Positions 49,141-63,514 of a stretch of DNA of 64,000 nt are shown piece after piece. Positions within the stretch are counted from its first letter, which is position 1, and each line of letters opens with the position of its first letter. A model generated the notes under the pieces. It worked only from the letters and a program-made list of their open reading frames with translations, did no database searches and was not told the DNA's origin. The position numbers and the translations under genes are program-made. The stretch spans positions 72,418,001-72,482,000 of the forward strand of contig NC_087437.1 of NCBI RefSeq assembly GCF_036321535.1, in the 5' to 3' direction. This stretch comes from Camelus dromedarius. Taxonomy: Eukaryota.

Positions 49141-52123
49141 TATACAGATATCCTTAATCATATAAGAAAGAATTACTGTCTTTGGGATCTTGCGTTATTT
49201 CAGAAACAATGCTCACTCAGGGTTGTTATCATGAAATGAGGAAGTAAGTTACAGTGGATGGAATTCTGAATAACAGTGGTGACTGTAAAACACAGTCACT
49301 GAATTTGTTTGTTTCCTGAAGACCCAGACTTACTTTTGCCTATATCCTGTCTAGAATTTCCAGCAACTAAGCTCTTGAAAATATTTATTCATCTAATTTT
49401 ACCATCAGATGACTCTAACAGGTATCTGTCACATAAGTCCAGGTTGAGGTTTTGCTAGAGAGGAGAGGTTATTTATATTCAGTCCTTGCTGGATTCACTT
49501 GCAATAATTTTCTATTAACATACCAGGTGAGTATGAGTGACTGGTCAGAACAAAGGAGCAAAATTTCAGGCAGATATGCTCTGCTGGGTAAAGAAAGTAA
49601 GAATTCTTTATTTACTGATAATTATTTATTGGAACCGTTTCATTGTGCATATAAAATTAAGTAAAACAAATTATTATGATACAGATGATAAAAGGCGGAA
49701 AATACACTTAAGATGAGATATTCTTCCACCTTTATCATCAAAACTCACATTTTTGTTTGTTTTTCCTCTTGTGTGTGTCTTCTCAATCTTATGCAAAGAT
49801 TTGATTGATTTGCCCTTTAGGAGAGATTTTTCTGAGCCTTTACATCCAGTCTTTGCCCAATTTTATTCTTTTTTGATGATAAAAATATTATTGTATCTGA
49901 CACAGCAGTTTCTGCCTGGTTAATCAAAAGTTGTTGGTTATTGCTTCTCATTTATGAAAAAAAAAAAAAAAAGAAAGTAAAAGAAAATTAACATTATGCT
50001 CTGCTATGCTTTCTTATTTAGTACTGAAAACTGCCAAGAATTAGTCACAGATGAAGACATGTGGACATGAAAAGGGACAATTTATGATCATGTAGTTATG
50101 ACATTGCAGATTTTGGATTTGTACTGAGGTCTGACTCCAAAACCCATTATACTATTATATTACCTGTTTCTAACTGGCTGGAGGTCTCCTTTAAGACTCA
50201 CAACTTTTTGGACTGAAACTCCAAAGTGTCTTTCTAACTTGCATCCTTTAAATCACAAACACTTTGTACAAACACCATTAAGTGCCAAAACATTGTTATA
50301 ATGCAACTTCAAATTGATAAGATACTTTAGTATTTGAAAGTTCTTTTGCATACCCTCTTGTATTTTGCTCAGCAATACTATAAGATGAATATTCTTATAT
50401 CCTCCATTTCTGTAAATGGGGAAGTCAAGGTTTAGAGGCGTAACTCACTTGTGGGAGGTGGCACATTGGCAGTTACAACCGAAAGCGTACCTGGGCTTCT
50501 GGCTCCCAGTCTAGAATAGCTGCGTTACTCTGCTATCTCCAGAGTGCTTCATTGAGGAAACATCTGTAGCTTTTCTTCCCAGCAGGCAGACCTCAGAGGA
50601 AGGACAACAAAGCGTGTACATGCTTTCTCAGTGATCTTTGATAAAAGTTTCCTTCCACTAACGATCTTAAGAGTTGTCCCTTCCCCATTTCCTTTCTATT
50701 TTCCAGTGAGGGTCTAGAGTGCTTTATGTTCGCTGTGGCAGGTATTTGAGCTTTCCCATCCTGGAGCTATGCTTCTCCTCTCCACTTACTTCCTTATGGC
50801 TGCATTCAATGACAAGTTCAAGCATAATTTGCCATGCAGGTGCAGGAACCTTTCTGCTAACTGGAGAGCTGCCTAACTGTTGTAAAAACCAGTCCTGTTG
50901 GCTGCCATCATTGCCAACGTGCAGAAGGCTCTTTGTCCACCCATCCACTCTTACAAGAGCTCTTGCTCTTCTTGGGTAGCCTTTTCTCCCAGTTTCCTTA
51001 GTTTTCTTGCAACATTATCCTTGCCTAAATTCCTTTCATCAGCACGTGGTGACTTGAGGGCTTTGCTCTTGGCTGGGTTTCTGAAAGCTGGCACTGAATC
51101 AGAGAAGAACATGACGCCTCACAAAGGAAAAGATTGTAGGGCAAATGGGAAACAAAACAGACTCTTGGGGAAAGTGAAGTTGTGAGTTAAGTAGTCCCAA
51201 CGAAGAATTCATTCAAGAGGGTGGGAGTGTGTGTCATGGGAGAAAACCAGATCCAAGACCAAGAGGCCAGGACCATAGCTTAGAAGTGCATAAAAAGACA
51301 GAGCATGAGGAGTTTCACTGAAGCACCCAAGGCAGAGATAAGACCTTTTAAAATAGTCCAGAGGCACAACTTATGTTCTAATTCCTTTACTCTTTACTTG
51401 AGAATCTCAATTCCAAGTGAGATGGAAGGGATAGAAGTCTCAAGAGCTTCAAGTCAAGTTGGTAACTCCATTGACAAACTTGGGAAAAATTACCCTGGGC
51501 TTGGTCAAAGGACATTTTTAGGCATTTGAGCAGTATCTCCAAGACTTACACTTAAAAACATTAATTTTCACTAACCACAAACTATTATCCCAGTGCTACA
51601 GAGGCAGTTCCATATCTTCCTAGCTATTCTATTTTCTACCACCTAGTGCTTGAGTTCAACTTTGACACAGATCCTACAACCCCTTATTCTTGTTAAACTC
51701 TTTGTTTTAATTAACCTCCCTTGACTCCTATAGGAATCTGAGGTTACACTCCCAGTCTAGAGGCATAAAAAACTTTGCTCCCATTCTTTTCCTTTTCACT
51801 TAAGAATCTCAGTTTTAGTGCCCCAATACTTCAAAAACTCCAAAATAATTTCTATCCTTTTTCCAAGATTCCTGGGGAAACTTCTTGGTTCTTGGAAACC
51901 TTATCATGTTTCTAAACCTATAAACTATTAAACAGCCCTACAGATATTAAATAACATGATGTAAATCATCTCATGAGAGAATACATGTTTAATTTCCAAA
52001 TGTGCATCAAAAACTGTAAGTTAGGAAAATAAGGTTAAAAATGATTAACTTTTTTAAATGGAAAAATATATGGAACATTTTTCTTTTCCTTCTATAAATT
52101 TGGCAAATCTAAAATCACATTGT

Positions 52124-53614
52124 CCCTCTCAGACTTCAGATAATACTACAGAGCTACAGTAATCAAAACAGCATGATATTGGCACAAAAAACAGATATAT
52201 GGATCAATAGAACAGAATAGAGAGCCCAGAAATAAACCCACTAATGGTCCCCAATAAACCCCAGTAATTGTCAATTAATCTTCAACAAAGGAGGCAAGAA
52301 TATACAATAGAGAAAAGACAGTCTCTTCAGCAAGTGGTGTTGGGAAAACTGGACAGCCACATGTAAATCAATGCAGTTAGAACACTCCCTCACACCATAC
52401 ATAAAAATAAACTCAAAATGACTTAAAGACTTAAATATAAGACAAGACATAATAAACCTCCTAAAAGAAAATATAGGCAAAACATTCTCTGACATAAATC
52501 CTAGCAATGTTCTCCTAGGGCAGTCTACTCAGGCAATAGAAATAAAAGCAGAAATAAACAAATGAGACCTAATTAAACTTACAAGCTTCTGCACAGCAAA
52601 GGAAACCATAAGTAAAACAAAAAGACAACCTATGGAATGGGAGAAAATTTTTGCAAATGAAACCAACAAAGGCTTGATCTCCCAATCCAAACATGGGCAG
52701 AAGACCTAAACAAGCAATTCTCCCATGAAGACATACAAATGTCCAATAGACACATGGAAAAATGCACAATATTGCTAACTGTCAGAGAAATGCAAATTAA
52801 AACTACAATGCGGTATCACCTCACACCAGTCAGAATGGCCATCATTCAAAAGTCCACAAATGATAAATGCTAGATGTGAATGTGGAGAAAAGGGAACTTT
52901 CCTTCATTGTTGGTGGGAATGTAGTTTGGTTTGGCCATTATGGAAAACAGTATGGAGATTTCTTAAAAAATTAAAAATAGACTTACCATATGATCCAGCA
53001 ATCCCATTCTTGGGCATACATCCAGAATAAGCTCTAATTCAAAAAGATGCATGCATCCTAATGTTCACAGCAGCACTATTTACAATAGCCAAGACATGGA
53101 AACAACCTAAATGCCCATCAACAGATGACTGGATAAAGAAGTTGTGGTATATTTATACAGTGGAATACTACTCAGCCTTAAAAAATAAAATGCCATTTGC
53201 AGCAACATGTCTGGACCTAGAGATGATTGTACTCAGTTAAGTAAACCAGAAAGAGAAAGAAAAATAGCATGTGATATTACTTACATGTGGAATCTAAAAA
53301 AAAAAAGGGCACAAATGAACTTATTTACAAAACAGAAACATACTCACATAGAAAATAAACTTATGGTTACCAGAAGGGGAAGGGGTGGAAAGGGATAAAT
53401 TGGTAGCCTGATATTTGCAGGTACTATTATATATGAAATAGATAAACAAGATTCTACTGTGTAGCACAGGGAACTATATTCAATATCTGTAGTAACCTAT
53501 ATAAAAAGAATATGAAAAGGAATAATTTTGTACATATATGACTGAAACATCATGTTGTACATCAGAAATTGATGAAACATTGTAAACTGATTATACTTCA
53601 ATTTTAACAAAAGA
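52124..53614 (+). mobile_element. Lineage-specific 5'-truncated L1 with perfect 14-bp TSD
   Basis: ORF2 3' part plus artiodactyl-type 3'UTR. TAAAATCACATTGT at 52110-52123 and 53615-53628. Confidence 0.95.
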
Positions 53615-55734
53615 TAAAATCACATTGTTTGGGGGCATGAAAGTCTATTATGCAACACTTGGCTTGCTCTTTTAAACAATTCAGTTTGTTAAATTCAGCA
53701 TAAAATGTATACTTGTCTTACTGGAAAAATATGGAGGAAAGGAGTCCCCTTGCCCTCATTCCCTCACTTTTCTTTGGAAGAAGTTGGGAAACAATAGGAA
53801 ACAAAAGCCGAGAGGAAATAATCTGATTTTTCCTTTTTATCCCCAAGTTTTTACATATCTAGTCAAGGGAAGCATAGAGTGGTCCTGGGGCAATTTCTGG
53901 GGGAAACTGTCTTTGAGGATGGAAAAATTTACATAAGTGGAGTAAAAGTGGAGGTTTGCCTTGGTCAGAAAAGTGTGCATATCAGCATAAACACAGTTAC
54001 GTGAAAGGTTACAACAGAGATTGCTGAGTCGTAGATGGGCAGCAGTGCAAGCTTGAGGTGGTAAGGATCCTATTTTCCCTTTAACGATACACCAATGTAG
54101 CTGAAAAGTAAGTGCAGTGTATTTTTTTCTTTTGATAAATTATGTCTCCAGTTAAAACATATTTATCAATTTACTCAACAATTATTTATAAAATACCTTC
54201 TCTCTTGTGACAAATATACAGGATATGTTCTCAATGAAGACTAGGGCAAAGAAGCTGTTTACACATCACTGTAACTGACATACTTTAGGAGACAAAAATT
54301 AAGACAAATGTTTGAACACAGAACTGCCCTTGAAAATCCAGGCAGGCAGTTAGTTAAGTATAACAGGTATGCAAGTTTAGGCAAAACCAAAGAGGACTCA
54401 TTTACTTCAGAGGAGAACAGAGTTGCACCAAGCTTCCCCCAGAGATAGGTTTGAAAGAACCATAAAACTGACAATATAGCACAAGGAATAAGCTACAGGA
54501 ATCATCTCACTTAATATTAAGAATATGATGCAAAGTAAAACACAAGCACCTGTCATACAATAGAAGCTCAATAAATATTTATTGAATGGATGAATAAATG
54601 AATCAAATTCGTTATGACACATATTACAGGAGTCCTAGTTTGGCAGTAAAGATACTGTTTGATGGCATGGAAAACGGGCATCTGGTTCATTGCAATCAAT
54701 TTTATTATTTCCAAAAGGTATCAAGAAAAAAGAAAACTCTAACAATCTAGACAAAGACATAAGTACTAAGATTTCCCACCTAAGAATTTAGATAATGTTG
54801 GTGGTTGGCAATGATCTATTTCTTAAACTTGTGGGGGTGCATGACATGTTTATTATATTACTTTTTATTCCTTATAAAACCTTTAAAAATAAACTAACTT
54901 AAAACAAATAAAAACAAATTTTTAAAAATTGAAGAAAACCCCAACAAACCCTCATTATTCTGTCCCCTGCTAATCTGTAGAGTCAGGAGAGGAACTCAAG
55001 CAGAAGCCAAAGCTGACAAGGAGTGAGCAGACAACCTCCAGGAACCCTCCTGTGCAGAGGGTCTAGGACTGCGATGGAGTCTACTCCTCTGGCGTTTAGG
55101 AGGACTTCATCAACCAGCTCTTTGCTCTACTTTTCTATCCATAATGAAGTTTTGCAAAAAAAAAAAAAAAAAAAAAGTCTGAACATACAATAAAATACTT
55201 TTGTTTTTTGAAATGCCCTTTAGGACTCAAGACATTAATATGACTCTTTGGATGTTGTTAGGGAGCCACTTTAACCTGACTTGTATCTGCCATTGAATTC
55301 AGTACTGAGAAGGACAGAGTCCACACTGAAGAAATATCCTTTCTCAATATTGAATCCAGCTATCAGTGAAAGGGTCTGAATTCCACGTCAAAATTTCCAA
55401 CCAGCGTTTGATCAGTTTGACTGTATCAGCTACAGTCCATTAATCTGCTGGTACCTTCTCTAGAAGGATTGGTGAGAAAGCTCAGCAATGTCTTCCAAAT
55501 AAGAAAAAACTACTCCAGACCTAAAATATTCCCAATCAATGACAAATTTAAAAGAATTTCAGGGATGCAGAAGTGGGTTTCATTCTAAGACTGCCCAGAA
55601 GTCACCATGAAAGAAAAGATATAGTGCCTTACTTGTTTGTAGTTACTTAAAATTAGGCATGCAAACATCCTTGAATGTTATTTTCTATTTAAATTTATAG
55701 CAGCCTAAATATATTCTTGAAAAACAGAATTCAG

Positions 55735-57870
55735 CTAACGTGTTACTAAATAGAGAGAAACTAGAAGCTTTCCTGCTAAAATCAGGAACAAAACAAGAAT
55801 GTCTTCTCTCACCACTCCTTTTCAAGATTTTACTGGAAGTCCTGGCTAATGAAATAAGACAAAAAAATAGGGGGAGATATAGACTGTGAGGGAAAAAATA
55901 ATACTCTTAGCAGATGATATATGTGGACAATCTGATAGAATTGACAAAAGTACTCCTGGAACTAAGAAGTGATTATAGCAAGGTTATAGGATTCAAGATT
56001 AATAATACAAAAGTTCATTGCTTTCCTGTATACCAGCAATGAACAAGTGGAATCTGAAATTAACAACACAATCCCATTTTCATTATTATCCCCCAACATG
56101 GAACACTTAGGTATAAATCTAACAAAATATGTACTAGATCTATATGAAGAAAACTACAAAACTCTGATGAAAGAAATCAAAGAACTAAATAAATGGAGAG
56201 GTATTCCATGTGCATGGAGAGACTAATTATTGTCAAGATGTTAGTGCTTTTCAATTTGATCTATAGATTCAACACAAATTCAGTAAAATTTCCAGCAAAT
56301 TATTTTATGAATAGCAACAAATTGATTCTTAAGTTTATATATGCATTGGCAAAAGACCCCAAATAATTAATGCAATATTGAAGGAGAAGAACAAAGTCAG
56401 AAGACCAACACCACCCAACTTCAAGACTTATTATAAAGCTACAGTAATCAATACAGTGTGGTATTCTTGAAAGAATAGACTAAGGAATCAACGGAACAGA
56501 ATACAGATCCCCAAAATAGAACCCCCAAAATATTGCCAACTGATCTTCGACAAAGGAGCAAAGGCAACACAATCAAGCAAAGAATGCAAAGACCTTACAC
56601 CCTTCACAGAAATGAACTCAAATGGATCTTGAACCTAAATATAAAATGCAAAACTATGAAAGCCCAAGAAGATAACATAGGAAAAAAATTTAGGTGGCCT
56701 TGAGCATAGTGATGACTTTTTAGATATAATACCAAAGGCACGATACACTAAAGAAATAATTAATAAGCCAGTCTTCTTAAAATAAAAATCTTCTACTCTT
56801 CATAGGTCATAGTCAAGAGAATGAGAAAACAAGCCACAGACTGAAAGAAAGTACTTGCAAAATGCATACATGATAAAGGACTGTTTTCCAAAATATGCAA
56901 AGAACTCTTATCACTCAGCCACCAGGACATAAACAACCCAGTTTTAAAGGCCAAAGACTTGAACAGGCAACTTACCAAACAATATGCACAAGTGGCAAAC
57001 AAGCACCTGTATAAACAATGAGAAGTAACTATACACTTACTAGAGTGGCCAGAATCCAAACACTAACAATACCAAAGCTGGGGAGGATACAGTGCAATAG
57101 GAACTCTCATTTACTTCTGGTGGGAATATAAACTGCTACAGTCATTTTGAAAACAGTTTGGTGGTTCCTTACAAAACCAAGCATACTGTCTTCACCATGT
57201 GATCCAGCAGCCACACTCCTTCATATTTGCCCAAAAGAACTGAAAACTTATGTCCACACAAAAACTTGCACACAGATGTTTACAGCAGCTTTATTTATAA
57301 TTGACAAAACTTGGAAGCAACCATGTCCTTGGTGAATGGAAAACAGACTGTGGTCCACCCAGACAACGGAAGATCATTCAGAAATGAACTATCAAGTCAT
57401 GAAAAGACATAGAAGAAACTTAAATGTATGTTACCAAGTAAAAGAAGCCAATATGATGTATGATTCCAAATATATGCCATTCTGGAAAAGGATAATCTAA
57501 GGAGAGAATAAAGAACCAGTGATTACCAAGGTTTGGGAGGAAAAAGGGATGAACTGGCAGAGTACATAGGATTTTTAGAGTGTGAAACATTCTATATGAC
57601 ACTATAATAGTGGATACATGCCATTATGCATTTGTTGAAATCCATAGACTGTACAACCCCAAGAGTGGCCCCTAATGTATAGTATGGACTTTGGGTGATG
57701 GTGATGTTTCAATGTAGTTCTTTGACTGTGACAAATGTACCACTCTGGCACAGGATGTTGACAGTGGGGGAGGCTGTATCTGGGGAGTAGGCAAGATGTT
57801 TATGGGAAACTTCATACCTTCTGCTCAATTTTACAGTGAACCTAAAATTAAAGTCTATTAAAAAAAACAC
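55735..57870 (+). mobile_element. L1MC-like element, ORF2 3' half plus 3'UTR
   Basis: aaactagaagctttcctgctaaaatcaggaacaa.. through the diagnostic 3'UTR (atggactttgggtgat..aaatgtaccactctgg..gatgttgacagtgggggaggct) and an A tail. Confidence 0.9.
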
Positions 57871-58599
57871 TACAAAGTAAAATCTATTAAAAAATGGAAT
57901 TAAACATTTGCAGATCCTGAAGCACCTCTAAGAAACTTTCAGTCTGAAACACAGTTTGAAATCCCCCAAGTGAGGCTTTCTCCTTTGATAACTAAAACCA
58001 CAGTATAGTTAACGTAAATTGAACACACACCTCTAGAGGAAGTTGACTAAATCTTTGCAAACTTTATCTTTGTTCCTCATTGCAAACTTCTGAGCCACGT
58101 GATATCTTTAACTCCACTTACTTCTGAAGAAAGAGGTGTACAGAGAAGATCAGGGTGTTGCTCAAGGTCACAGAGCTAGTAAATAGAAGAGAAGGCTCCA
58201 GTCCAAGGCTCTCGCGTTCCAATCTGGCACTCCCTTATTCTGGTTTCTTATTCTGTGGGTTAGGGCAGAACCAGGACCCTAGTATGAGAAAAAAGGACTG
58301 AGTACAGAGCCCATCTGTGCCCTTGAAAGACTTTGCTTTATGAGTTTTCCAGAAAGTGGCCTTTTCCTCTTTTTTGTTCCTAAGGACAATGGTGAGGCAT
58401 TTTCTGGTACAGAAGGCAGAGAGCAAATCTAGCGCTACCCTGAAGGACCTTCTCTGACCTTGGGGTGAACTAAAATGGAAAACTCTGAGAAGGCCGTTGA
58501 AAGAGTATTCCCGCATTTCCTGTCCTCCATTCAGGCATCCACATGTGTTTTCTGAGTGACTCTTATGTGAGGATGCTGTTCTGGACACTGGAAGTGGAG

Positions 58600-59160
58600 T
58601 ATTGGACAAGACAGAGCAGGTTCATATTTGAGGCAGAAGAAACAGCAAACGCAGACAAAAACCCTGACTGAGCTGAGAACCAGTGACTCTCTGCCAGCAG
58701 CCAAGCTCTGTGTGGTTCAGCCCTGGTGCATCTTCAAGAAGGCGCTGCAGGAGAGTAGTCAGGCGGGAGCGGAGTCCAGGGTTGCCTGGGAGGGCCAGCT
58801 GGCGAGGCAGAGGTCTACCTGGGTTACAGTTTATTCCATCCAAGCATGTTTCTTCCTGATCTGCCTTCTGCTTCCTTCCACTCACACCGGTGTGCTGACC
58901 TCAATGCAAATGGCTGCAAAGCAGGAGGTCTGACTTGATTACACTGCCTGCCAGGAAAGTTTAGTACATCAGGGAAGAGCGGAAACAAGAGGGAGAGACA
59001 ATTGAGGTCTATTCCCTGAGCCAAAGAGCTGACACCAGGTCTGCTGAAGGAAGCACAAATTGAAGCCTTTTTTCTAACTGGCACTGCCCACGCAAAGCCT
59101 CTTCAGGGAAAAGAGTTCTAGACGAAGCCAGTCAGACTCATTTTTACCATATCAAGTGTG
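58600..59160. promoter_or_regulatory. GC-richer unique island with a transcription-factor motif cluster
   Basis: Palindrome CACACCGGTGTG 58883-58894, TGCTGAC 58893-58899, octamer ATGCAAAT 58904-58911, ETS-like GCGGAAAC ~58979, several CpGs. Confidence 0.35.
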
Positions 59161-59717
59161 TGTGCGTGCTTTGGAAGTGGGAGGCATTTTGAAGAGGCTG
59201 TTTTTTGGTTTTGTTTTGTTTTTTTTTAAGCTTCCTGTTGCATAGTTTTCCAATTAAGGAGTTTTGGCTTCTACCTTCCTAGGGATTCCTGAGTCATTCT
59301 CTATGCCCCACTAAGAATGAAGTCTGTGGTCGTCCCTCTCTGCTGCTCAGGCTGTTTTGGCTGTCTTTCAGGTTCCTTACTTGTAACCTCAGAGTCACTT
59401 TCATCAAAAAAAATTGTTTTGGATCCACCCTAGGTTGACATCAGTTGGGCTTTTTTTGTTTAATCTCTTAGGGGCTTTGTTTATAGGAAGCAGTACTTAC
59501 GGTAGCCTGTGTTATCATTGATGTTGAATCTGCTATAGTTGTAAATTTTGAAAACCTTGCTTTTTCAAAGTGTTAAATACAATTGCAAAAAAGTAATAAA
59601 TTAAGAATTTTTTAGATTGAAATTAAGGGCAGCGTATACATTTCATGAACAAAATGTGCAGAATCCCTCAGAAATTACATATAAACTTATTACTTTAAAT
59701 ATCTAATTCAATAAATT

Positions 59718-59926
59718 TGAAACAGGGAGGGGGCAGGGCACAGCCATTCAAGGAATGCCACAGCAATTAACATCAAAATGGTAGAAGATTCAACCCCCAG
59801 GAGGCCTTGAGGCTCAAGATGGTGGGAGATTTGACTTCTAGCAGAGCTTGAGCTTCATTATACGCCCATTGTAATATATTAACACGGTGAATAACATGCC
59901 CGCAGGCCCATGACAGTCCCAAGGCT
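59718..59926 (+). mobile_element. 5' part of an ERV1 LTR, same family as 18934-19559
   Basis: Aligns by eye with 18934-19133 (cagggca.agcca.tcaaggaatg..aacatcaaaatg..tttgacttctag..ccatgacag.cccaaggct). Confidence 0.9.
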
Positions 59927-60050
59927 GGGGTTTGTTAGCAATCTTGGGCATTCCATGACTTACAGATGCCTCATTCCAATCCTTCATCGTCTCCGGAAGT
60001 TCTCCTGGTGTCTCTGGTTCTTCACATGATATTCTTTTCATAAGGACACT
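59927..60050 (-). mobile_element. MLT1 internal fragment
   Basis: gcaatcttgggcattccatgacttacagatgcctcattccaatcc..ttcttttcataaggacactag. Confidence 0.7.
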
Positions 60051-60499
60051 AGCTCTTAATTTATTCTCTCAGTTGGAGAGACCAACGACAGCCAGGAACT
60101 AAAATCTTCAAGGAATGACATGAGGAAGCTAATGACTATAAGAAAGAGAAGGGGTTTATAAGTTATCTGATGATTTGAGTCTCAGTGAAGGAGCTTTTCA
60201 TGGAATCAGAAAGCAAAATGGTCTAGAAGTGACAATAAGGAGCCAAAAAGGCACCTCCCCACACCATAGCCCAGTCCAGTGGTATAAGAAAAGCAAGACC
60301 AAGGCAGAAGGCCACAGGCACACCCTGTTCCACTCAGACCGTAACATCCCCAAACCCTCAGCCTTCCATGTTCCACGTTTATCTGTCCGTAGTCTATGTC
60401 ACATAACCTTCAGACAGTTGTCCTTAACTTTTTAGAGGATCATAAACCCATTTGAGATTCTAATGAAAGCTATGGATCTTTTCCTCAAATGTCAGCATT

Positions 60500-62150
60500 C
60501 AATCATAGATTTGACAAATATTTACAGAGCACTCAATCTGTATAAGGCACTCTGCTCAGTGCTGGAGACACAATATTAAACATTACAGATATCCTTCTTA
60601 TTCTCAAGGGGCTTATGTTCTAGAAGGATGGCCAGACATTAAATAGCAAATTATACAGTGAATTATTCCCTTTGGTTGAAATACTGGTTCAAGGAGAGGA
60701 CATATGGGGCCCAGGGAACTAGTCCGGAGTGGGTGGTTCTGGCAGTTTTCCTTTTAGGAAATTTTATCAGCTGGTAGCTGAACATTCAGTAGAATCTAAC
60801 CAGTCATTTGGAGTGGTGAGGTTAAGGTGGGAGAAACTCCTCAGGCAGGTTGAAGGACACGTATCAAGGCCTTGAGATAAAAAGGGAAAAAGCATATTCA
60901 AGAAAGATAAGATGAAAGATTGTGATATTGGTCCCAAGTCTTCATTCCACTCTTTATCTTCTCCTTTGCTTTCCAGGTTTGAAGTTCCTTTTAAGAAAAT
61001 TATATCATCTATTTTCACACTCCTTGAATCTCCTTTGACTGATAGAATGTGGTGGAAATGACATGCCAGTTCCAAGCCTTGGCCTGTGTGCTTCCATGTG
61101 CTCTCTTTCCTGTCTCTAATTGCTACAGGAACATGCCCAGGAGAGCCAGCTGGACAATAAGAGGTGTGTAGTAGAACCAAATTTTCCTAGGTGACTTCCA
61201 ACTGACCTTCAGACATGTGAGCAAGCCTAGCCAAGATCTGTAGAGCTGCCTAGTCAATCACAACGGGTAATACATGATGATGGTCATATGCCTGTGATAT
61301 TTGATGGTGATCTGCAACATAGTCATGGCATTAGATATCTGGTACAGTCAACTTGGCTGAATTGCACAGAGAGTCAGAGGAAATGGTACAATATGAAGCT
61401 AGTAAAGTACATAGGGGCCAGACTGCTGATCCTATGAAGGACTTTAGATTCTCTTCTAAGAGTGATAGAAAGTCATTGGAACATGTGAATCAGGGGATGT
61501 CATAATCAGTATCTAGAGAGATTGCTCAGGTAACTTTGTAGGGAATGGATTCACAATATTTCAGACAAGTGATGATAATGTGCAAAATAAATGTAGTAGT
61601 GGTGGAGATGCAGAGGTGTATATTTTATTTTTAGGATTAAAACTAGTAGGACTTTAATTAATTGGATATAGGGACAGATGGAGAGAGAAGTGTCAAGCAT
61701 GCCTGCCAGGTTCTGGATTATATACCTGGATGAATGATACTACATACTGTGAGAGGGAAAACTGGAGGAGGATGAGTCCTAGGACTGAGAAAGACCAGAG
61801 TTCCGCTTTGGACCTGTTCAATTTGAGTTTTCTCTAAGGGGAGATGTTTGGTAGGCAGTTGCATATGCATATCTGAAACTCAGAGGAGAGCTCTGGATTA
61901 AAAGTAATTTTGGAGTTGTGAGTCTATGGCTCATAATTGCAGCCATAGATATGGATGAGATCATACAGGGGAGAGCACAGAGTGAGAAAATGAGAAGGTC
62001 TATATCCAAGCTTTCAAGAACTGCAGAATTTATGTTAGGCACAGGAGGATGGGATGTAAAGATAAGAGGAAAAATCAAGAACACATAGTATCTCAGATGA
62101 TAGTGGAAGGGAGAGTTTAAAGAAAGGCAGTCTACTGTGAGATGCTGTGA
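60500..62150 (+). mobile_element. L2 fragments interrupted by an old MLT1 (about 60920-61345)
   Basis: L2 motifs (aggcactctgctcagtgctggagacaca; gactttagattctcttctaagagtgatagaaagtcattggaa; atggatgagatcatacaggg). MLT1G/H-like piece ends tagatatctggtaca. Confidence 0.65.
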
Positions 62151-62844
62151 GAAGAGATAAAAAACAAATTTGCTTGTAATTTTAAGAGATTTGTAGAGTT
62201 ATCCCATCACATATCCCTGAAACCCAGGTTAAAAACTCCTACCTGTGGTTTCCTAAAAGCCAACGAATCAGATAACCTAACTGGATTCAAAATATTAATT
62301 CTTCACCATCTCAGAGACAGGGAAAATTATTTAGTTGACCTTAAAGTCAACTGCAATTATGTGAGTTTTTAATCCCTAAGTAGGTTAGTGGCCCAAAGAA
62401 AGAGAGTATAATAATACAAAGAAGGTAGCTTCTTTATTTTCCTGTAAGAAAATCTGCTCCTCCACAAACGTAGAGAGCATCAGATAAATCAGCTTCAGGG
62501 AGATGGCTGCACAGTTATGAAGCTCTGCCAGGTATCCCTGATCTCGTTTCCAGTCATGGTCAACACTGGCTTCCTCCTGCCCTGGAAACTAATCTTCCTG
62601 TTTGGACTTAACTGTATTATTCTTAACTCAAACAGAGATAATGGACAATGAAATGAATAAAAGCTGGGGATTCTGAGATGTGATTTCAGAAAACTGTAGT
62701 CAGAAATATGTAAATTTGATAAAATAAAACCGTAAGACTCTCAATTCCGTGCAATGAGCGCTCTTCCTCCTGACCACTCAACAACCGAACCACTACTCTG
62801 ATTGCCAGAAGCCAGCAATTTTATAACTCTGCTCCTCAGACTCT

Positions 62845-63423
62845 TCTTTTTAAATTGAAATGAAGTTGATTTGCAATATTGTGTTAGTTTCTGGTGTACA
62901 GCATATTGATTCAGCCATACATATATGTATTCTTTTCAATATTCTTTCTCATTATAGGTTGTTACAAACTATTGAATATAGCTCCCTGTGCTAAACAGTA
63001 GGACCTTGTTTATCTATTTTATATATAGTAGTTTGTATCTGCTAATCCCAAACTCCTAGTTTATCCCTCCTCCCTTTCCCCTTTGGTAACCATAAGATTG
63101 TTTTCTATGTCTGTGAGTCTGTTTCTGTTTTGTAAATAAGTTCATTTGTGTCATTTTTTTAGATTCCATATATAAGTGATATCATATGATATTTGTCTTT
63201 CAATCTGTCTGACTTACTTCACTTAGTATGATAATCTCTAGATCCATCCATGTTGCTGCAAATGGCATTATTCCATTCTTTGTCATGGCTGAGTAGTATT
63301 CCATTGTGTGTGTGTGTGCGTGTGCGTGTGTGTGTGTGTGTATAGAGAGAGAACATCTTTTTTATCCAATCATCTGTTGATGGACATTCAGGTTGCTTTC
63401 ATGCCTTAGCTATTGCAAATAGT
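62845..63423 (-). mobile_element. Lineage-specific L1 3' end with an internal (TG)n tract
   Basis: ttgaaatgaagttgatttgcaatattgtgttagtttctggtgtacagca..atccatccatgttgctgcaaatggca. Same family as 22144 and 52124. Confidence 0.9.
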
Positions 63424-63514
63424 CTGCCTCTTACACTATAGAGCAATTCCAACAATTAGAAAGTTCATCCTTTTACTTTCTCCCAATTGGTTCTAGTTCT
63501 GTTCTCTTGATCTT

